A model generated the notes under the pieces. The model was not told where the DNA came from. It did no database searches and saw only the letters and a list, made by a program, of their open reading frames with translations. Below are positions 13,438-26,575 of a DNA stretch of 64,000 nt, piece after piece (the first letter of the stretch is position 1; each line of letters starts with the position of its first letter). Source of the stretch: the human T2T-CHM13v2.0 reference genome, Homo sapiens; assembly GCF_009914755.1 (NCBI RefSeq), contig NC_060947.1; one strand, 5' to 3'. Position numbers and translations under genes: made by a program.

Positions 13438-14511
13438 GATAGGGTTAATTCTAAAGCCTCATCTTTGAGCTCTGAGGTTCTTTCTTATACTTGTTTGATT
13501 CTATTGCTGAGACTTTCCAGTGCATTTTGCAATTCCCTAAGTCTGCCCTTCATTTTCAGACGCTGTGATTTTTTTATTTATGTTATCTATTTCATTGGAG
13601 ATTTTTCCATTCATAACCTGTATCTTTTTTTTAAAAAATTTCTTTATGTTGACTTCATCTTTTTCCAGTGCCTCCTTGATTGGCTTAATAGCTGACCTTC
13701 TAAATTCTTTTTCTGACAGTTCAGAGATTTTGTCTTGAATTGGATCTATTGATGGTCAGCTAGTGTTATCTTTTGGTGGTATTAAATAATCTTGTTTTGT
13801 CATGTTACCAGAATTGTTTTTCTGGTTACTTTTCATTTGGGTAGACTATGTCAGAGGGAAGATCTTGGACTCAAGGGCTGCTGCTCAGATTCTTCTGTCC
13901 CACGGAGTGCTCCTTTGATGTGGTGCTCTTCCCTTTCCTGTAGGGATGGGGCTTCCTGAGAGCCGAACTGCAGTGATTGTTATTTCTCTTTTTGATCTAG
14001 CCATTCATTGGAGCTATCTGGCTCTGGGCTGGTACTGGGGAATGTATGCAGAGTCTTGTGATATGATTAATCTTCAGGTCTCGCACCATGGATACCAGCA
14101 CTTGCACCGGTGGAGGTAGCAGTGGAATGAAATGGATTCTGTGAGGTCCTTGGTTGTATTTTTGTTAAGTGCTTTGGTTTTGTGTTAGTTGGCCTCCAGA
14201 CGGGAGGGGGTGCCTTCAAGAGTGCATCAGCTGTGGTAGTATATGGAGGATCAGGTGATGAGTGGGGCTATAGTTCTCCCAGTAGATTATGTTCTTTTTC
14301 TTCAGATTTCCTAGGCTGTTCCACAGAGTCTGCAGCAGCAATCCACCTCCTTCAAAGGGTCTGTGGATTCTTTTCTCTCTCCTGATATGTTCTGTGGTAG
14401 TTATTGGAGCAAAAGTTCATGATGTGAGTCTCCACATGATGCTCTGTATATCAGAGAGTGGGAGTTAGAAGTTAGTCTTGCCTGCTATCTGCCATTTTTC
14501 CTCTTACAATC
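13438..14511 (-). mobile_element. L1PB ORF1 5' part and 5' UTR (continuation of 2812-7269)
   Basis: Resumes in register after the HERV-L; ends in gccatttttcc (L1 5' terminus) next to the TSD. Confidence 0.85.
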
Positions 14512-17462
14512 TTGATCTTTTAAATTTCTGCAGTATTAGCTATGATGTCTTATTTTTCATTTTTGATTTTTCTTTTTTGATCTTTTCTCTTTTTTTCATG
14601 GGTAGTCTGGCCATAGGTTTGTCATTTTTTTTTAAATTTTAAAAAACAACTTTATGTTTTGTTAATTTTTGTATTTTTTGTTTCATTTCAATTTCATTTA
14701 TTTCTGCTCTGATATCTATTGTTTATTTTCTTCTACTAATTTTGCATTTGGTTTGTTCTTGCTTTTTTACTTCTTTAAGATGTATCATTAAATTGCTAAT
14801 TTAAAGTTTTTCATCATTTTTGATGTTGGCATTTATCACTATAAACTTCCCTCTTAGTATTGCTTTTGCTGTATCCCATAGGTTTTCTTATGTTATGTTT
14901 CCATTTTCATTTCTTTCAAACATTTTTTCAATTTTTTTCTTAATTTCTTCATTGACCAACTGGTAATTCAGAAGCATAATGTTTAGTTTCTACATATTTC
15001 TATAGTTTCCAAAATTCCTCTTGTTATCAATTTCTAGTTTTATTGTATTGTGGTCAGAGAAGATGCTTGATATTATTTAAATTTTTGGATGTTTTATGAC
15101 TTGTTTTTTGAGCTAACCTATGGTCTATCTTTAAGAATGATATATGTGCTGAGGAAAAGAATATACACTTCGCAGCTTTTGGATAAAATGTTCTGTAAAT
15201 ATATATTAGATCAATTTCATCTATATTTCAGATTAAATCTGAAGTATTTTTGTTGATTTTCTGTCTGAAAGATCTGTCCAATTCTGAAAGTTGGGTGTTG
15301 AAGTCTGCAGTTATTACTGTCTTGGGGGCCAATCTCTAATAACATTACCTTTTTATATCTGGGTGCTCCAGTTTTGGGTGCAAATATATATAAAATTGTT
15401 GCATTTTTTGCTGGATTGACCTTTTAATCATTACATAGTGTCCTTCTTTTTCTCTTATAGCTTTTTGTTGAAATCTATTATGTCTGATATAAGTATAGCA
15501 ACTCCTGTCTTTTTTTGGTTTCCATTGACATGAAATATCTTTTTCATCCCTTTGTTCTTAGTCTCTGTGTGCCTTTTTAGAAGTGTATTTCTTGTAGGCA
15601 ACCAATCAATGGTTCTTGTTTGTACTTCTGTTCAAGCAGTCTGTATCTTTTGAGTGAAGAGTTTAACTTATTTACTGGTTATTATTGTTAAGTAAGGACT
15701 TACTCCTCCCATTTTGTTATTTGTTTTTCTGGGTTTTTAATTTTGTGTGTGTGTGGGTGGGAGGGGTCTTCTTTTCCTTCTTTCTTTCATTCCTGTATAT
15801 CTCAAGTGAGGGTGTTTTCTTTACTGATATGATTTAGTTTCTTGCTCTTTATTTCTTTTGTATCTAATATATGATTTTGCTTTGAGGTTATCATGAGGCT
15901 TGCAAATACTATCTTCTAACCCATTATTTTAACCTGATAACAGCTTAACACTATTTGAATAAACAAACAAGCAAAAAGAAAACTAACAAAACTCTATATC
16001 GTGACATCATACCCCACTTTTTAACTTGTGTCTATTTATATCTTATTGTATTATGTCTTGAAAAGTTGTAGTTATTACTTTTAATTGTTTTATTATTTAT
16101 TATTTCTACTTCAGATAAAAGTAGTTTACATACCACAGTTACAGTGTTATAATGTTCTGTGTTTTTGTGTGTACTTATTATTACTAGTGAGTTTAATACC
16201 TTCAGGTTATTATTTATTTCTCATTAATTTTTTTCTTCAGCACTTTAAATATGTCATGTTATTCTCTCCTGGCATGTAAGGTTTCCACTGAAAAGTCTGC
16301 TGCCACAGATGTGTTGGAGCTCTGTTGCACGTTATTTGTTTCTTTTATCTTGCTGCTTTTAGATTTCTTTTGTTATGCTTGATCTTTGTGAGCTAGTTTA
16401 TTAAATACCTTAAGGTAGTCTTCTTTGGGTTACATCTCAATGGAGTTCTGTAGTCTTTTTGTATTTGTATATTGATTTCTTTCTCTAGGTTTGGGAAGTT
16501 TCATGTTATTATTCCTTTGAACAAACTTTCTGCTTCTATTTATTCTTCTGCCTCCTCTTTAAGGCTAATAATTCTGAGATTTGCCCCTTTGAGGCTATTT
16601 TCTAAATCCCTTAGAGATGCTTCATTGTTTTATTTTAATTTTTTTTCCTTTGTCTCCTCTGACGGTATTTTCAAAGACTCTGTCTTGAAGCTCACTACTC
16701 CTTTCTTCTGCTTTTATGTATTCTGCTATTAAAGTACTCTGAAGCATTCTTTAGCATGCTAATTGCATTTTTCATCTTCAGAATTTCTGATTGATTCCTT
16801 GTAATTATTTCAATCTCTCTGTTACATTTCTCTACAAAATTTAAGTATTCCTTCTCTGTGTTATTCCTAATTTTGTTGAGTTTCCTTTTACATATCTCTG
16901 TTTCCACAGAATTCATCCCTGGTGATTTATTTAGTTCATTTGGTGAGTTCAAACCTTACTGGATGATGTTCATGCTAGTAGATGCTCTTTGGTGTCTGGG
17001 CATTGAAGAATTATGTATTTATTGTAGTCTTCACTGTCTGGGCTTATTTATAGCCATCCTTCTTGTAAAGGTTTTTCAGATATTATAAAAGACTTGAGTG
17101 TCATAATCTAAGCTGTATCTGTTTTAGTGGGCACCCCAAGTCCAGTAATACTGTGGTTCTTGCAGACTTGTAGAGGTACCACTTTGATGGTCTTGGACAA
17201 GATCCAGGAGAATTCTCTGGATCACCAGACAGAAACACTTGTCCTCTTCTCTTACTTTCTCCCAAACATACAGAGTCTCTCTGTTCTGAGCCACCTAAAG
17301 CTAGAGCTGGAGTGGCACAAGCAACCCTGCTGCCACTAACGCTATAACTGAGCTGGGTCAGATCTGAAGCCAGCACAGCACTGGTTCTCACCCAAGGCCG
17401 TATACCCATTCTCAGGCTACTGCCTATAGTCCCTCAAGGCCCTAGGGCTTTACAATCAGCAG
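14512..17462 (-). mobile_element. L1MA continuation: ORF2 5' part, ORF1, partial 5' UTR
   Basis: ORF1 coiled-coil fragment (MNSPNELNKSPG...EILKMKNAI); continues the element at 1-2811. Confidence 0.85.
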
Positions 17463-18039
17463 ATGACACACGCTCTAGTTATATTATCTATGTTTGTTTT
17501 TATGTAAACTACACATAACAACCACATATGAGAGGGTGCTGAAAGTCAGTATTACATTTCCTTGTTTTCAACTTGTATTATAGACAAAAGTTTCAAGGGA
17601 GAATGAGTCTCTAATATCCAATCATTTGTATTCTTATCATCAACAACTATTATGAAATAAATTTTGTCTCCAAGGAGAGTTTCAGTTTTGTTCTCCTACA
17701 ATTATGCTCTTTTCTCTCCTCAAATGGTAAGGGACTATGTTACTTGACTCAAGACTAAGTTGAATTTACACTGAAACCTCATTAATTTAAACTAATCTGG
17801 GAGAAATACAGGCCTGAAAGACAGAATGTTTTAAAAGAAATAGCTTTACACACAATCCATCAGTGGGGTCAATATAGCATTTGCAAAGGATCAAAGCTAC
17901 TTTAATGAAGAGGTAAACATATAATTGGAATGCCAGTTATTTTTCAGAAAATGTGAGATTAAATAAGTTTGTTCTGTTAAGGAGAATAGGTAAATTTTAG
18001 CATACCATGGAGTTTGGTAACAAAACCTATTTTCTTACA

Positions 18040-18600
18040 TAGAACACAGAAAACAATAATTGTCACATTTGTTTTTCTTCTTGGCTGACTATTGTTGCTG
18101 ATTCTTTGTTTTGGATTTAGTTTTTACTCTCCATGTATCCTTTTGGACTTGATATTTGTGATAGTTCCTTGCTTTCTGAGGTAACTTCAATTATATCCTG
18201 GACATCAGACCCGTTTTTTTCTATATGCTCATAGTCTTGGTTCAGCCTGGTAATTCTGTGCCTGGTTCTGGTTCCTGGAGTCATAGCTCAGGCAGAGCAT
18301 TGATATAACCAATTATTTACCTTTGCTACTCTAACACATGGGTTTTATCATAAATTCCAAATTAATAGAGCATAAATTTATATTTTACTCTACCTCCAAA
18401 TAATGTGATTACCTAGATTGAGCCTAATGTATATGGGGAGTAGTTAACCATTTAAGAAAACTTCCTGGACCAAAAATGCACTTGGCTTTCATCTGTTTAC
18501 TGATATCTACCTAAAGATATTTCATTCCTTTACAATATGATGTTGCAACCCGTTAAAAATAGTAACACACTAGAAAAGGTCATATTTTAAGTGATCATTG
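18040..18600 (-). pseudogene. Candidate decayed exon(s), paralogous to 44218-45796
   Basis: Minus frame MTPGTRTRHRITRLNQDYEHIEKNGSD...SQISSPKGYMESKN*IQNKESATIVSQ aligns to the 44.3-44.5 kb frame; no repeat family recognised. Confidence 0.35.
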
Positions 18601-18834
18601 ATATTTATATATATATGTTTATCACAAAAAACTGGAGAGCAAATTTTGATAAGGATAGAAGAACATGAAGGCACTATTCTTATCACAAATTACATATGGG
18701 TAATATTTTTACCATTTTTTGGAACAGCAGACTGAGTCAATGTTTTGCCGTTTAGGTGTTGACCCTCTACATTTATCCTTAAAATATAATAGAGAAAATA
18801 TGGGAGAGTTACATTTTCATTTAATCATCTTCCT

Positions 18835-19670
18835 TTTTCTCCTAGACTTCTAAATGTTAGTATGCCCCAGGGTTCATCCTTAGTCCTCTTCTCTAAGAAC
18901 ACTCACTCCTTTCATGTTCTCATCTTGTCTTATAGATTTAAATATATTCTGTGTGCTCAAGATGCCCAAATTTATACATCTAGGTAGGACCAATCTCCCG
19001 AACTCCAGACTCAGATACCCAGCTGCCTGTTTGGCATTTCTACAAAGTAGCCTATTGAAATGTAGTTAAATCATGTCATTGCTATGCTTAAAACACTGAA
19101 ATGGCTTCCAATTTCACTATGAAAACAAGCTAATGTCTTTACAGCAAACTACAGTACCCTGCATGACATACTGTCCCCATTCCCTCCTGCCCTCCACAAT
19201 ATCATTTTAACCTAGTTTCCTACAACTACCCCTTTCTCACTCAGCTTTGACCATGCTGACCTCCTTGCTATTCCTTGAACGAAACAGATATATCCCTACT
19301 AGAGTCTTTGCACTGGCTGTAACCTCTGCTTGAATAATCCCTCCAGTAGTCTGTGTGGCTAAATATTTCAATTTCTCTGAATCTTTTTTTTTGATGAATC
19401 TTTCTATCCTAATCAACTTATTTTAAATCATGTGGGGCTCACAGTATCTTACATTCTGCTCTACTTTTAAAAATACATAGCATTTATCACCTTCTAGTAA
19501 ATAACATAGTAGTCTTATTTTATTTATTGTTTACTTTTTGCTGCTTGTCGCTAGAATGTAGGTTCCATGAAGGCTAGGATATTGCTTTTATTTACTAATA
19601 TAGTCCAAGAACACAGATAAATGCCTGCCACATATTAAATGCCCAATACATATTATTTGAATTAATAAGT
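18835..19670 (+). mobile_element. L2 (L2a-like) 3' fragment
   Basis: gccccagggttcatccttagtcctcttctc; ctagaatgtaggttccatgaagg; 3' tail aatacatattatttgaattaataa. Confidence 0.75.
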
Positions 19671-20049
19671 GTATTGACCAAGTTAGCAGATTTACTGGGC
19701 TTTAAAGATAGAATTTTCCCCCAAATCGTAATAGTAAACAGAAATGAAAGGAACAAAAAACTGATTTATAAAAGAATTACCTTTCAAAATGTAGAAAAAC
19801 AACTATGGGCACCTTCTTTTAGGTAGGTAAACTGCAATGCAAGAGAGGGACTAATGGGATGGTAAACTAGGCTCCAAACCATGCTACTACAATACTAAAT
19901 CTATATCTTATAATAAAGGGGGAGGTGAATGTAGATAAAACATTAAATTACTTGGTTATATATATATACATAAAATATATATAAATTGCAAGTTTATATT
20001 TTTGTTTTAAAGCTAACACATGGGAAATAGAGTATGTATTTTTGTTGAG

Positions 20050-20345
20050 CAATGCTTCTCAAAGTGTGTTCCAAGGAATTATCATTTCAAATTATGTTAA
20101 TATATGTCTCTGAAATAAAAGGATACTATTGTCAATTAAGTTTGGGGAATGGTAAGTTAATCAAACTTAAATCGGTATCCTTACATTACAATTTCTAAGG
20201 CTTTAATAAACTTATTATTTTGAATCATCTAAATGAGAGGTGAAGAAGACTGCACATTTTAGATATATTTCACTAAAAATACTTCCCTTCTTTTTTCCTC
20301 TAGAGCATCTTATGAAACTACTTATGTAAAGAATACACTTTAGCT
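20050..20345. mobile_element. Probable hAT-Charlie (MER5-like) MITE remnant
   Basis: Starts caatgcttctcaaagtgtgttcc; degenerate complementary end gaatacactttag. Confidence 0.4.
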
Positions 20346-20399
20346 ATAGAGGTTGGACATAATACCTCATATGTGAAAGTTATAGGAGGTCTGATTTCA

Positions 20400-20590
20400 C
20401 ACAAATTAAGGAAGAATATTCTAACTATTGAAGCTGTACAGAAGTCAACTGTTCTTTTTTTAGGTAGTAAACTTCCTGACAATTGAGTTTTCAAACATTA
20501 AATGGAACTTTGTTAGGGATACTGTAGAGGGGGTTCCCATATTGAATAAAGCATTGGGCACTCAGAGGCGCCTTTTAATCGTAAACTTTT
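20400..20590 (+). mobile_element. CR1/L3-like 3' remnant
   Basis: aaggaagaatattctaac...ggtagtaaacttcctgac...gggatactgtagagggg resembles the L3/MIR3 3' end. Confidence 0.5.
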
Positions 20591-20884
20591 ATTATATAAT
20601 TATAAGATTTGATGGGATTCCCATTAAGACCCTGCTTGCCACATCTAAGAAGAGTAGCAGACACCTTACCAGCTCTAGCAATGGAGTGAATTTAGTCATT
20701 CTGGTTTATTGTGTTTTGCTTTTCTAATGGAAAGGATAACAACAAAAAAGTATGGAAATGATAAATGCTATTAAGGACCTGTTTCCTTTTACCTGCATAG
20801 TAGGATTCCATTTCTAATTCTACACAGAAAAACACCAATTAACTAGAACCTCACTATCTGTCAATTCCTAATTAAGAGTAATGT

Positions 20885-21162
20885 TTATTTTCTCGCTTTT
20901 ATTTTCTTTCTTTTCCTTTTTGTTCCTTCCCTCCCTTTCTCCTCTCATACCTCTTTCTTCTCTCCTTTCTTTCTTCCTTATTTCCTTCATTACTTCCTTC
21001 CTCTCCTTCCTTCCTTTCTCCTCTACCTCCCTTCCTTCTCTCCTTCCTCACTCTCTTTCTTTCTTTCTCCCTTCCTTCCCTCCTCCGTCCCTCCATCCTT
21101 TCCTTCCTTCCTTTCTTCCTTCTTTCCTTCCTTCCTTTTTTATTCCTTTCTTTTTTCTTTTT
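20885..21162. repeat. CT-rich polypyrimidine / (CCTT)n low-complexity tract
   Basis: ~280 nt almost purely C/T on the + strand. Confidence 0.95.
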
Positions 21163-21859
21163 GGCTCCACTTGGCTTTCAGCAAAATATAACTCACAGTA
21201 TCAAACCAATAATGCTGGTTGACGCAAGCAAAATTTACTGTACTAGAGTTAATATCCTATTGTTTCTACACTTCGATATCTAAGACTAAATGTGTAGAAT
21301 TTATAAGTTGAAAAATAATTCAGTTTCCATAAGATACTCAGTTAATCAGAGCAAAAGTCAGTTACTCTACCTATTAAAGCAAGGTGGATGCATTTAATTA
21401 CTTATAATTATAAAATAATAAACAGGTCTTGGGAAGAAGTGTAGGTAGTTTCTTTTAAATCTAATAGGTGTACGTTTTTTATTGAACAAAACTAATCATT
21501 TTTCCACTATAATACACGTAAATGCAGAGGGGAATAAATAATTTCTCTGGGATTACTTAGGATCTAACATGAAGTAAACTGTCACTAGCATAAATGTCTT
21601 TGAAATAGAGTACTTTTTATCCTTGAAATATATGTAAATTTTTATTCTAATCCATAGTAATGAAAGAAACCCTCAAATGAAGATTTATTATATTTAGACT
21701 ATAGTTTTGGAAATTTTTAGAGTAGCACTGCATACTCCTGGATTCTTTAATATGAAGGTGGACAACACTTTGGCTTCCAGCAGACTTAGTAACTTTACTG
21801 TTAGCTATGCTATAGAAGATATTGATTTTATGGGTAGGAATTTGGACTGGATCATCTTT

Positions 21860-21988
21860 AAAAACAGTATAAACTCTCAGACTCTACACAAACCCTGGAT
21901 CAAATTTCTCCAGACTGTGATCTGGAGATATCAATTTTAAACAAGCTTCTAAAGTGATTCTAATGTATGTCGAGGTTTTGAAACCACT
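21860..21988. mobile_element. MER5-like hAT MITE fragment
   Basis: ttttaaacaagcttctaaagtgattctaatg...ttgaaaccact. Confidence 0.5.
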
Positions 21989-22396
21989 ATATTATATGAC
22001 ATGCAAACTTCCTATCATGTTGTAATTTTATAAAGGCTTTCAATATCAAGGTTTGAAACAGATAACTGATCACAGTATCTAACACCCATGAGTCTTGGTT
22101 AATTAAAGTTTGAATAGAAGAAAAGGTCTTTATGAAGTCATTTTATAGCTTTGAAAGCTTTTGAACTTTAAGGACAGAATGCAGGTACATCAAAAGCAAT
22201 CTGAAAATGACATTTAAGGACAAGTTGAAATTTTTTCTTGTAGCAGATATAAATCTCAGTTGTATGACTATGTAATATTGTTAACCATCACTTGTCATCG
22301 TATGTGAAATGAAAATATAATTCAGAAAATTGTTTAATGTGATTTACCTAAAGCTTTAAACATTAACGTTTAAACTTTTTTTATTTGTTTACAGAT

Positions 22397-22603
22397 CACA
22401 GGTAGAGTAGATTTAGAATAATTCTTAAGGGTCCTAGTATATTTGGAATAATACGTGAGCAATGTTTTCAACTTAAAATGACTGCTGCATTGGGCCCTAA
22501 CAAGAGAGTCAGTCTGTCCTTTGGAGGTTTGAAACCAGGCATTGACTTCTCCTTTGTAGCAATGAGAATCCTAGAGGGCATCTTCTTTCAATAGGAGGCT
22601 ATG
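22397..22603 (-). mobile_element. Tigger1 transposase fragment
   Basis: Matches Tigger1 (agagtagatttag...ctaacaagagagtcag...ccaggcattgacttctc); minus strand reads ...EEKSMPGFK...DRLTLLLG. Confidence 0.8.
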
Positions 22604-22755
22604 ATTAAGAGAAATACCTAATGCATGTGGGGCTTAAAACCTAGAGGATGGGTTGATAAGTGAAGCAAACCACCATGGCACACGTATATATATGGAACAT
22701 ACCTGCAGGTTCTGCACATGTATCCCGGAAACTTAAAGTTAAAAAAAAAAAAAAA
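22604..22755 (+). mobile_element. Short 5'-truncated L1PA (PA7/8-like) 3' end with poly(A)
   Basis: ggggcttaaaacctag...gcacatgtatccc...A16; perfect TSD aggaggctatg 22593-22603 / 22756-22766. Confidence 0.9.
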
Positions 22756-23061
22756 AGGAGGCTATGTCAATTTTCCCACTTCATTCTTCTCTTTTATTAT
22801 TGACTTGTTCATTCTGGGTTTTTTTGGTTTGTTTGTTTGTTTGTTTGTTTGTTTTTGCATGCCTACATAAACTTTAGAATCAGTTCATCAATATTCTCAA
22901 AATAACTTGCTGGGATTTTTATTAGAAATGCACTGAATCTACATATCAAGTTGAGAAGAGCTGACATCTTGAGAATATTGTCATGCTATTCATGAATATG
23001 GAACATCTCTCTATTTAGTTTTTAAAATATATTTTATCAGAATTTTGTGGCTTTTCTCATA

Positions 23062-23403
23062 GAGATAATCCCCAACTTACAATGGTTTGACTTACAATTG
23101 TTCTACTTTATGATGGTGTGAAAGCTATACACATTCAGTAGAAAGCACACTTCTGGTACTTATAAAGCCATTCTGTATTTCTCTTTTTAAACAGTATTTA
23201 ATAAATGACATGGCATATTCAACACTTTAAAATAGGCTTTATGTTAGATGATTTTGCCTAATGTAAGCTAATGTAAGTGTTCTGAGCACTTTAAGCGAGA
23301 CTAGGCTATTATATTTAATAAGTTAGATGTATTAAATGCATTTTTGAAATGATATTTTCAACTTATGATGGGTTAAACCCAATCATAAGTTGAGAAGCAT
23401 CTG
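23062..23403 (-). mobile_element. MER47A-like TcMar-Tigger MITE
   Basis: Terminal inverted repeats gagataatccccaacttac / cataagttgagaagcatctg; ~340 bp; TA on the left side. Confidence 0.8.
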
Positions 23404-25329
23404 AGTCAGTCTTGTGCATAATTTGTTAGATTTGTAATAATTTTATTATTTGGGTGAAGAAAATGTGTTTTGGATTTCAAATTCTATGTGTTCATTGTTG
23501 GCATATAATAAATCAATTGACTTTTGTATACTAACCTTGTATCCTCCAACTTGCTGTAATTGATATACATGTTTATCAGTTCAATATTTTTTTTTCATTT
23601 TTTCACATTTTCTACATAGATAATCACGCCATTTACAAATACGGTTTTATTTCTACCTTCTTAAACTATACACTTTTTGTCTTCTTTTCTATTGCATTAC
23701 CTCAGACTTCTAGTACATTGTTGAAAAAGCAGTTGTGAGAGGGACATCATTGCCTTTTTCCTGATCTTAGTGGAAAAGCTTTTAATTTCTCATAATTAAG
23801 TATGATGCTAACTGTAGATGTTCTTCATTAAGTTGAGGAAGTTATCCTGTATTTTCACATTACTGAGTGTTTTTATCATGATTGGGTGTGGATATTGTCA
23901 GATGCATTTTCTGAATCTATCGATATGATCACATGATTCTTCAAGCCTATTGCTGTGTTTGATTATATTCATCGATGTTTGAATGTTGAACCAGCCCAGC
24001 GTACTTGGGATAAATATCAGCTGGTTGCATTTCATAATTATTTTTATAATTGATCATTTAAGTTTGCTCATCTATGTTCATGAAAATATTGGTTTGTAGT
24101 TTCCATGTTGTGTATTTTTTCTAATTATGGTACTGGTATAATGTGGGTCTTATAGAAAAATAAAGTATTTTCTCTGCTTCTATTTTCCAAAAGAGATTGT
24201 AGAGAATTGTTATAATTTCTTTCTAAATGTTTGATAGAATTCAACAGTGAATCCATCTGTTCCTAAAGCAGTATGTTCTGTGAGGAAACTAAATATCGTT
24301 TCAATTACTTTATTAGACCTAGGTATATTCAGATTGTCTATTTCTTCTTGTGTGAGTTTTGGCAGATCACGCCTTTCAAGGAACTGGTCCATTTCAGCTA
24401 CATTATCAAATTTGTAAGCATAGAGTTGTTTACAACATTCCATTATTATCCTTTTAACATCGATTGGATCTGTAGTGATGTTTCCCTCTCCATCTCTGAT
24501 ATTAGTAATTTCTATTTTTCCTCTTTTTTTCTTAGTTATCCTGGCTAGAGGCTTATCAATTTTATTTTTCTTTTCAAAGAGCTAGTTTTTTTCATTGATT
24601 ATCTCAATTTATTTCCTGTTTCTTCTACTTAATTTGAATACAATTTATTCAGGTTCTCCCAGTTTCTTATGGTGGAATATTAAGGTATTCATTTTAGATC
24701 TTTCTTCTTTTCTAGTATATGTGTCAAATATTATTAGATTCTCTCTGAACATCTTAACACTGCTTTCATTGTATCTTACGAACATTGATAAGTTGTATTT
24801 TTGTTTAGTTAAAATGTTTTTAAATTTCTCTTGAGATGTCTTATTTAACACAATTTGTTACTTAGAAGTATGTCATTTAATCTAAGTATATTGGGATTTC
24901 CCAGCTATCTTTCTGTTATTGACTTCGAGCTTAATTTCATTATGGTTGGAGAGCAGAAATTGCATGTTTTCTTTTTTAAAAATAAAAATTTAAAGTGAGT
25001 TTTATGAACTAAAATGTTTATCTTTGTGAATATTCCATATGATCTTAAGAAATATGTGTACTCTGCTGCTGTTGGATGGAATAATTTATAGATATCAATT
25101 ATATTCAGTTGACTGATAATGCTATTAATTTTAGCTATGTTCTTACTGATTTTCTGCCTACTGGATCTGACCATTCCTGAGAGATGTTAAAATTTCCAAC
25201 TGTAATATGGATTTATATATTTCTCCTAGCAGTTCTATAAGTGTTTGCCACACATATTTGACAGTTTTGTTAGGAACAAAGACATCACAAATTGTTATAT
25301 CTTCTTGGAGTATTGACCATTTTATCATT

Positions 25330-25760
25330 TTTGTTTTTAAGTTCTGGGGTACATGTGCAGAATGTGCAGGTTCATTACATAGGTAAATGTGTGCCATGGT
25401 GGTTTTCTGCACCTGTAAGTCCATTGCCTAGGAGTTAAGCCCAGCCAGCGTTAACTATTTTTCCTAATGCTCTCCCTCCCCCTTCCCCACCCCTGACAGG
25501 CCCCAGTGTTTGTTGTTCCCCTCCCTGTGTCCGTGTGTTCTTATTGTTCAGCTCCTACTTGTAAGTGAAAACACGCGCTGTTTGGTGTTCTGTTCCTGCA
25601 TTAGTTTGCTGAGGATAACGGCTTCCAGCTTCATCCATGTCCCTGCAAAGGACATAATCTCGTCCCTTTTTATGACTGCATAGTATTCCATGATGTGTAT
25701 TTACCATATTTTCTGTATTCAGTCTATGACTGATGGACATTTTGGTTGATTCCATGTCTT
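25330..25760 (-). mobile_element. L1PA (PA8-10-like) 3' end insertion
   Basis: ttaagttctggggtacatgtgcagaatgtgcagg; L1PA 3' UTR. Confidence 0.85.
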
Positions 25761-26448
25761 TAAATTTACCTCTTTATTTCTGATAACTTTCTTTGCTTTG
25801 AAGTCTGTTCTGCCCCACATTAGTATCCACTACTCCTGCTTTCCATGATTTGTGTTAGCATGATGCATTTTTGTCTAATTTTTAACTTTTAATCTGTATG
25901 TGTATTTACATACAAACTGAGTTTTTTCTAGACAACATGTACTTTAGCTTGTTTTATCATACTCTGCCAGTTTTTTTCTATTAGTTTGTATATTTAGATT
26001 ATTTATATTTTAAGCAATTGCCAATATAGACAGGTTAACATCTATTATATTAATGTTTCCTGTTTGCTGCTCTTGTTCTTTTTTCTATTTTTGTTCTTTA
26101 CACTTTTTCCATTGTTTGTGATTCTATTTGAGCATTTAATTTTAATTTCTATCTTTTCAAAATGTCAAGTATATTTTTATTTCTTTATTTAGTGGTTGCC
26201 TCAGACTCTGCAATATACATTTACAATTAATCCAACTCAAATTTCAAATAAGATTTAATTGCTTAATGAGGAGTACAAGTACTTTATAACAAAATATTTT
26301 AATTGCTCCCTCTCATTTGTTATACTTTTATTGTCATTTATTTTACTTATACATAAGCATATATAAGCATAGGTGGATAGATACATATGATAAAATACAT
26401 CGTTGTTACCATTTAAAGCAAAATGTTTTATTTCAGGTTAATTAAGTA

Positions 26449-26575
26449 AAATAATCTGTCCAACAAACTCCCATGACACAGGTTTACCTATATAACAAAC
26501 CTGCACATGTATCCTTACTTAAACAAAGTTAAATTTGGTAAATAAGTAAATAAAAGATTTTTTAAAATAAAAAAT
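26449..26575 (+). mobile_element. L1PA13-16-like 3' tip with A-rich tail
   Basis: aataatctgtccaacaaactcccatgacacaggtttacctatataacaaacctgcacatgta. Confidence 0.75.

Noticed and set aside
20881-21222. 113-aa hydrophobic ORF and its Arg/Glu-rich antisense ORF
   Set aside because: Translation of a CT low-complexity tract
21707-21940. 77-aa + strand ORF
   Set aside because: Non-ATG start, runs into a MER5-like repeat, weak splice acceptor, no recognisable domain
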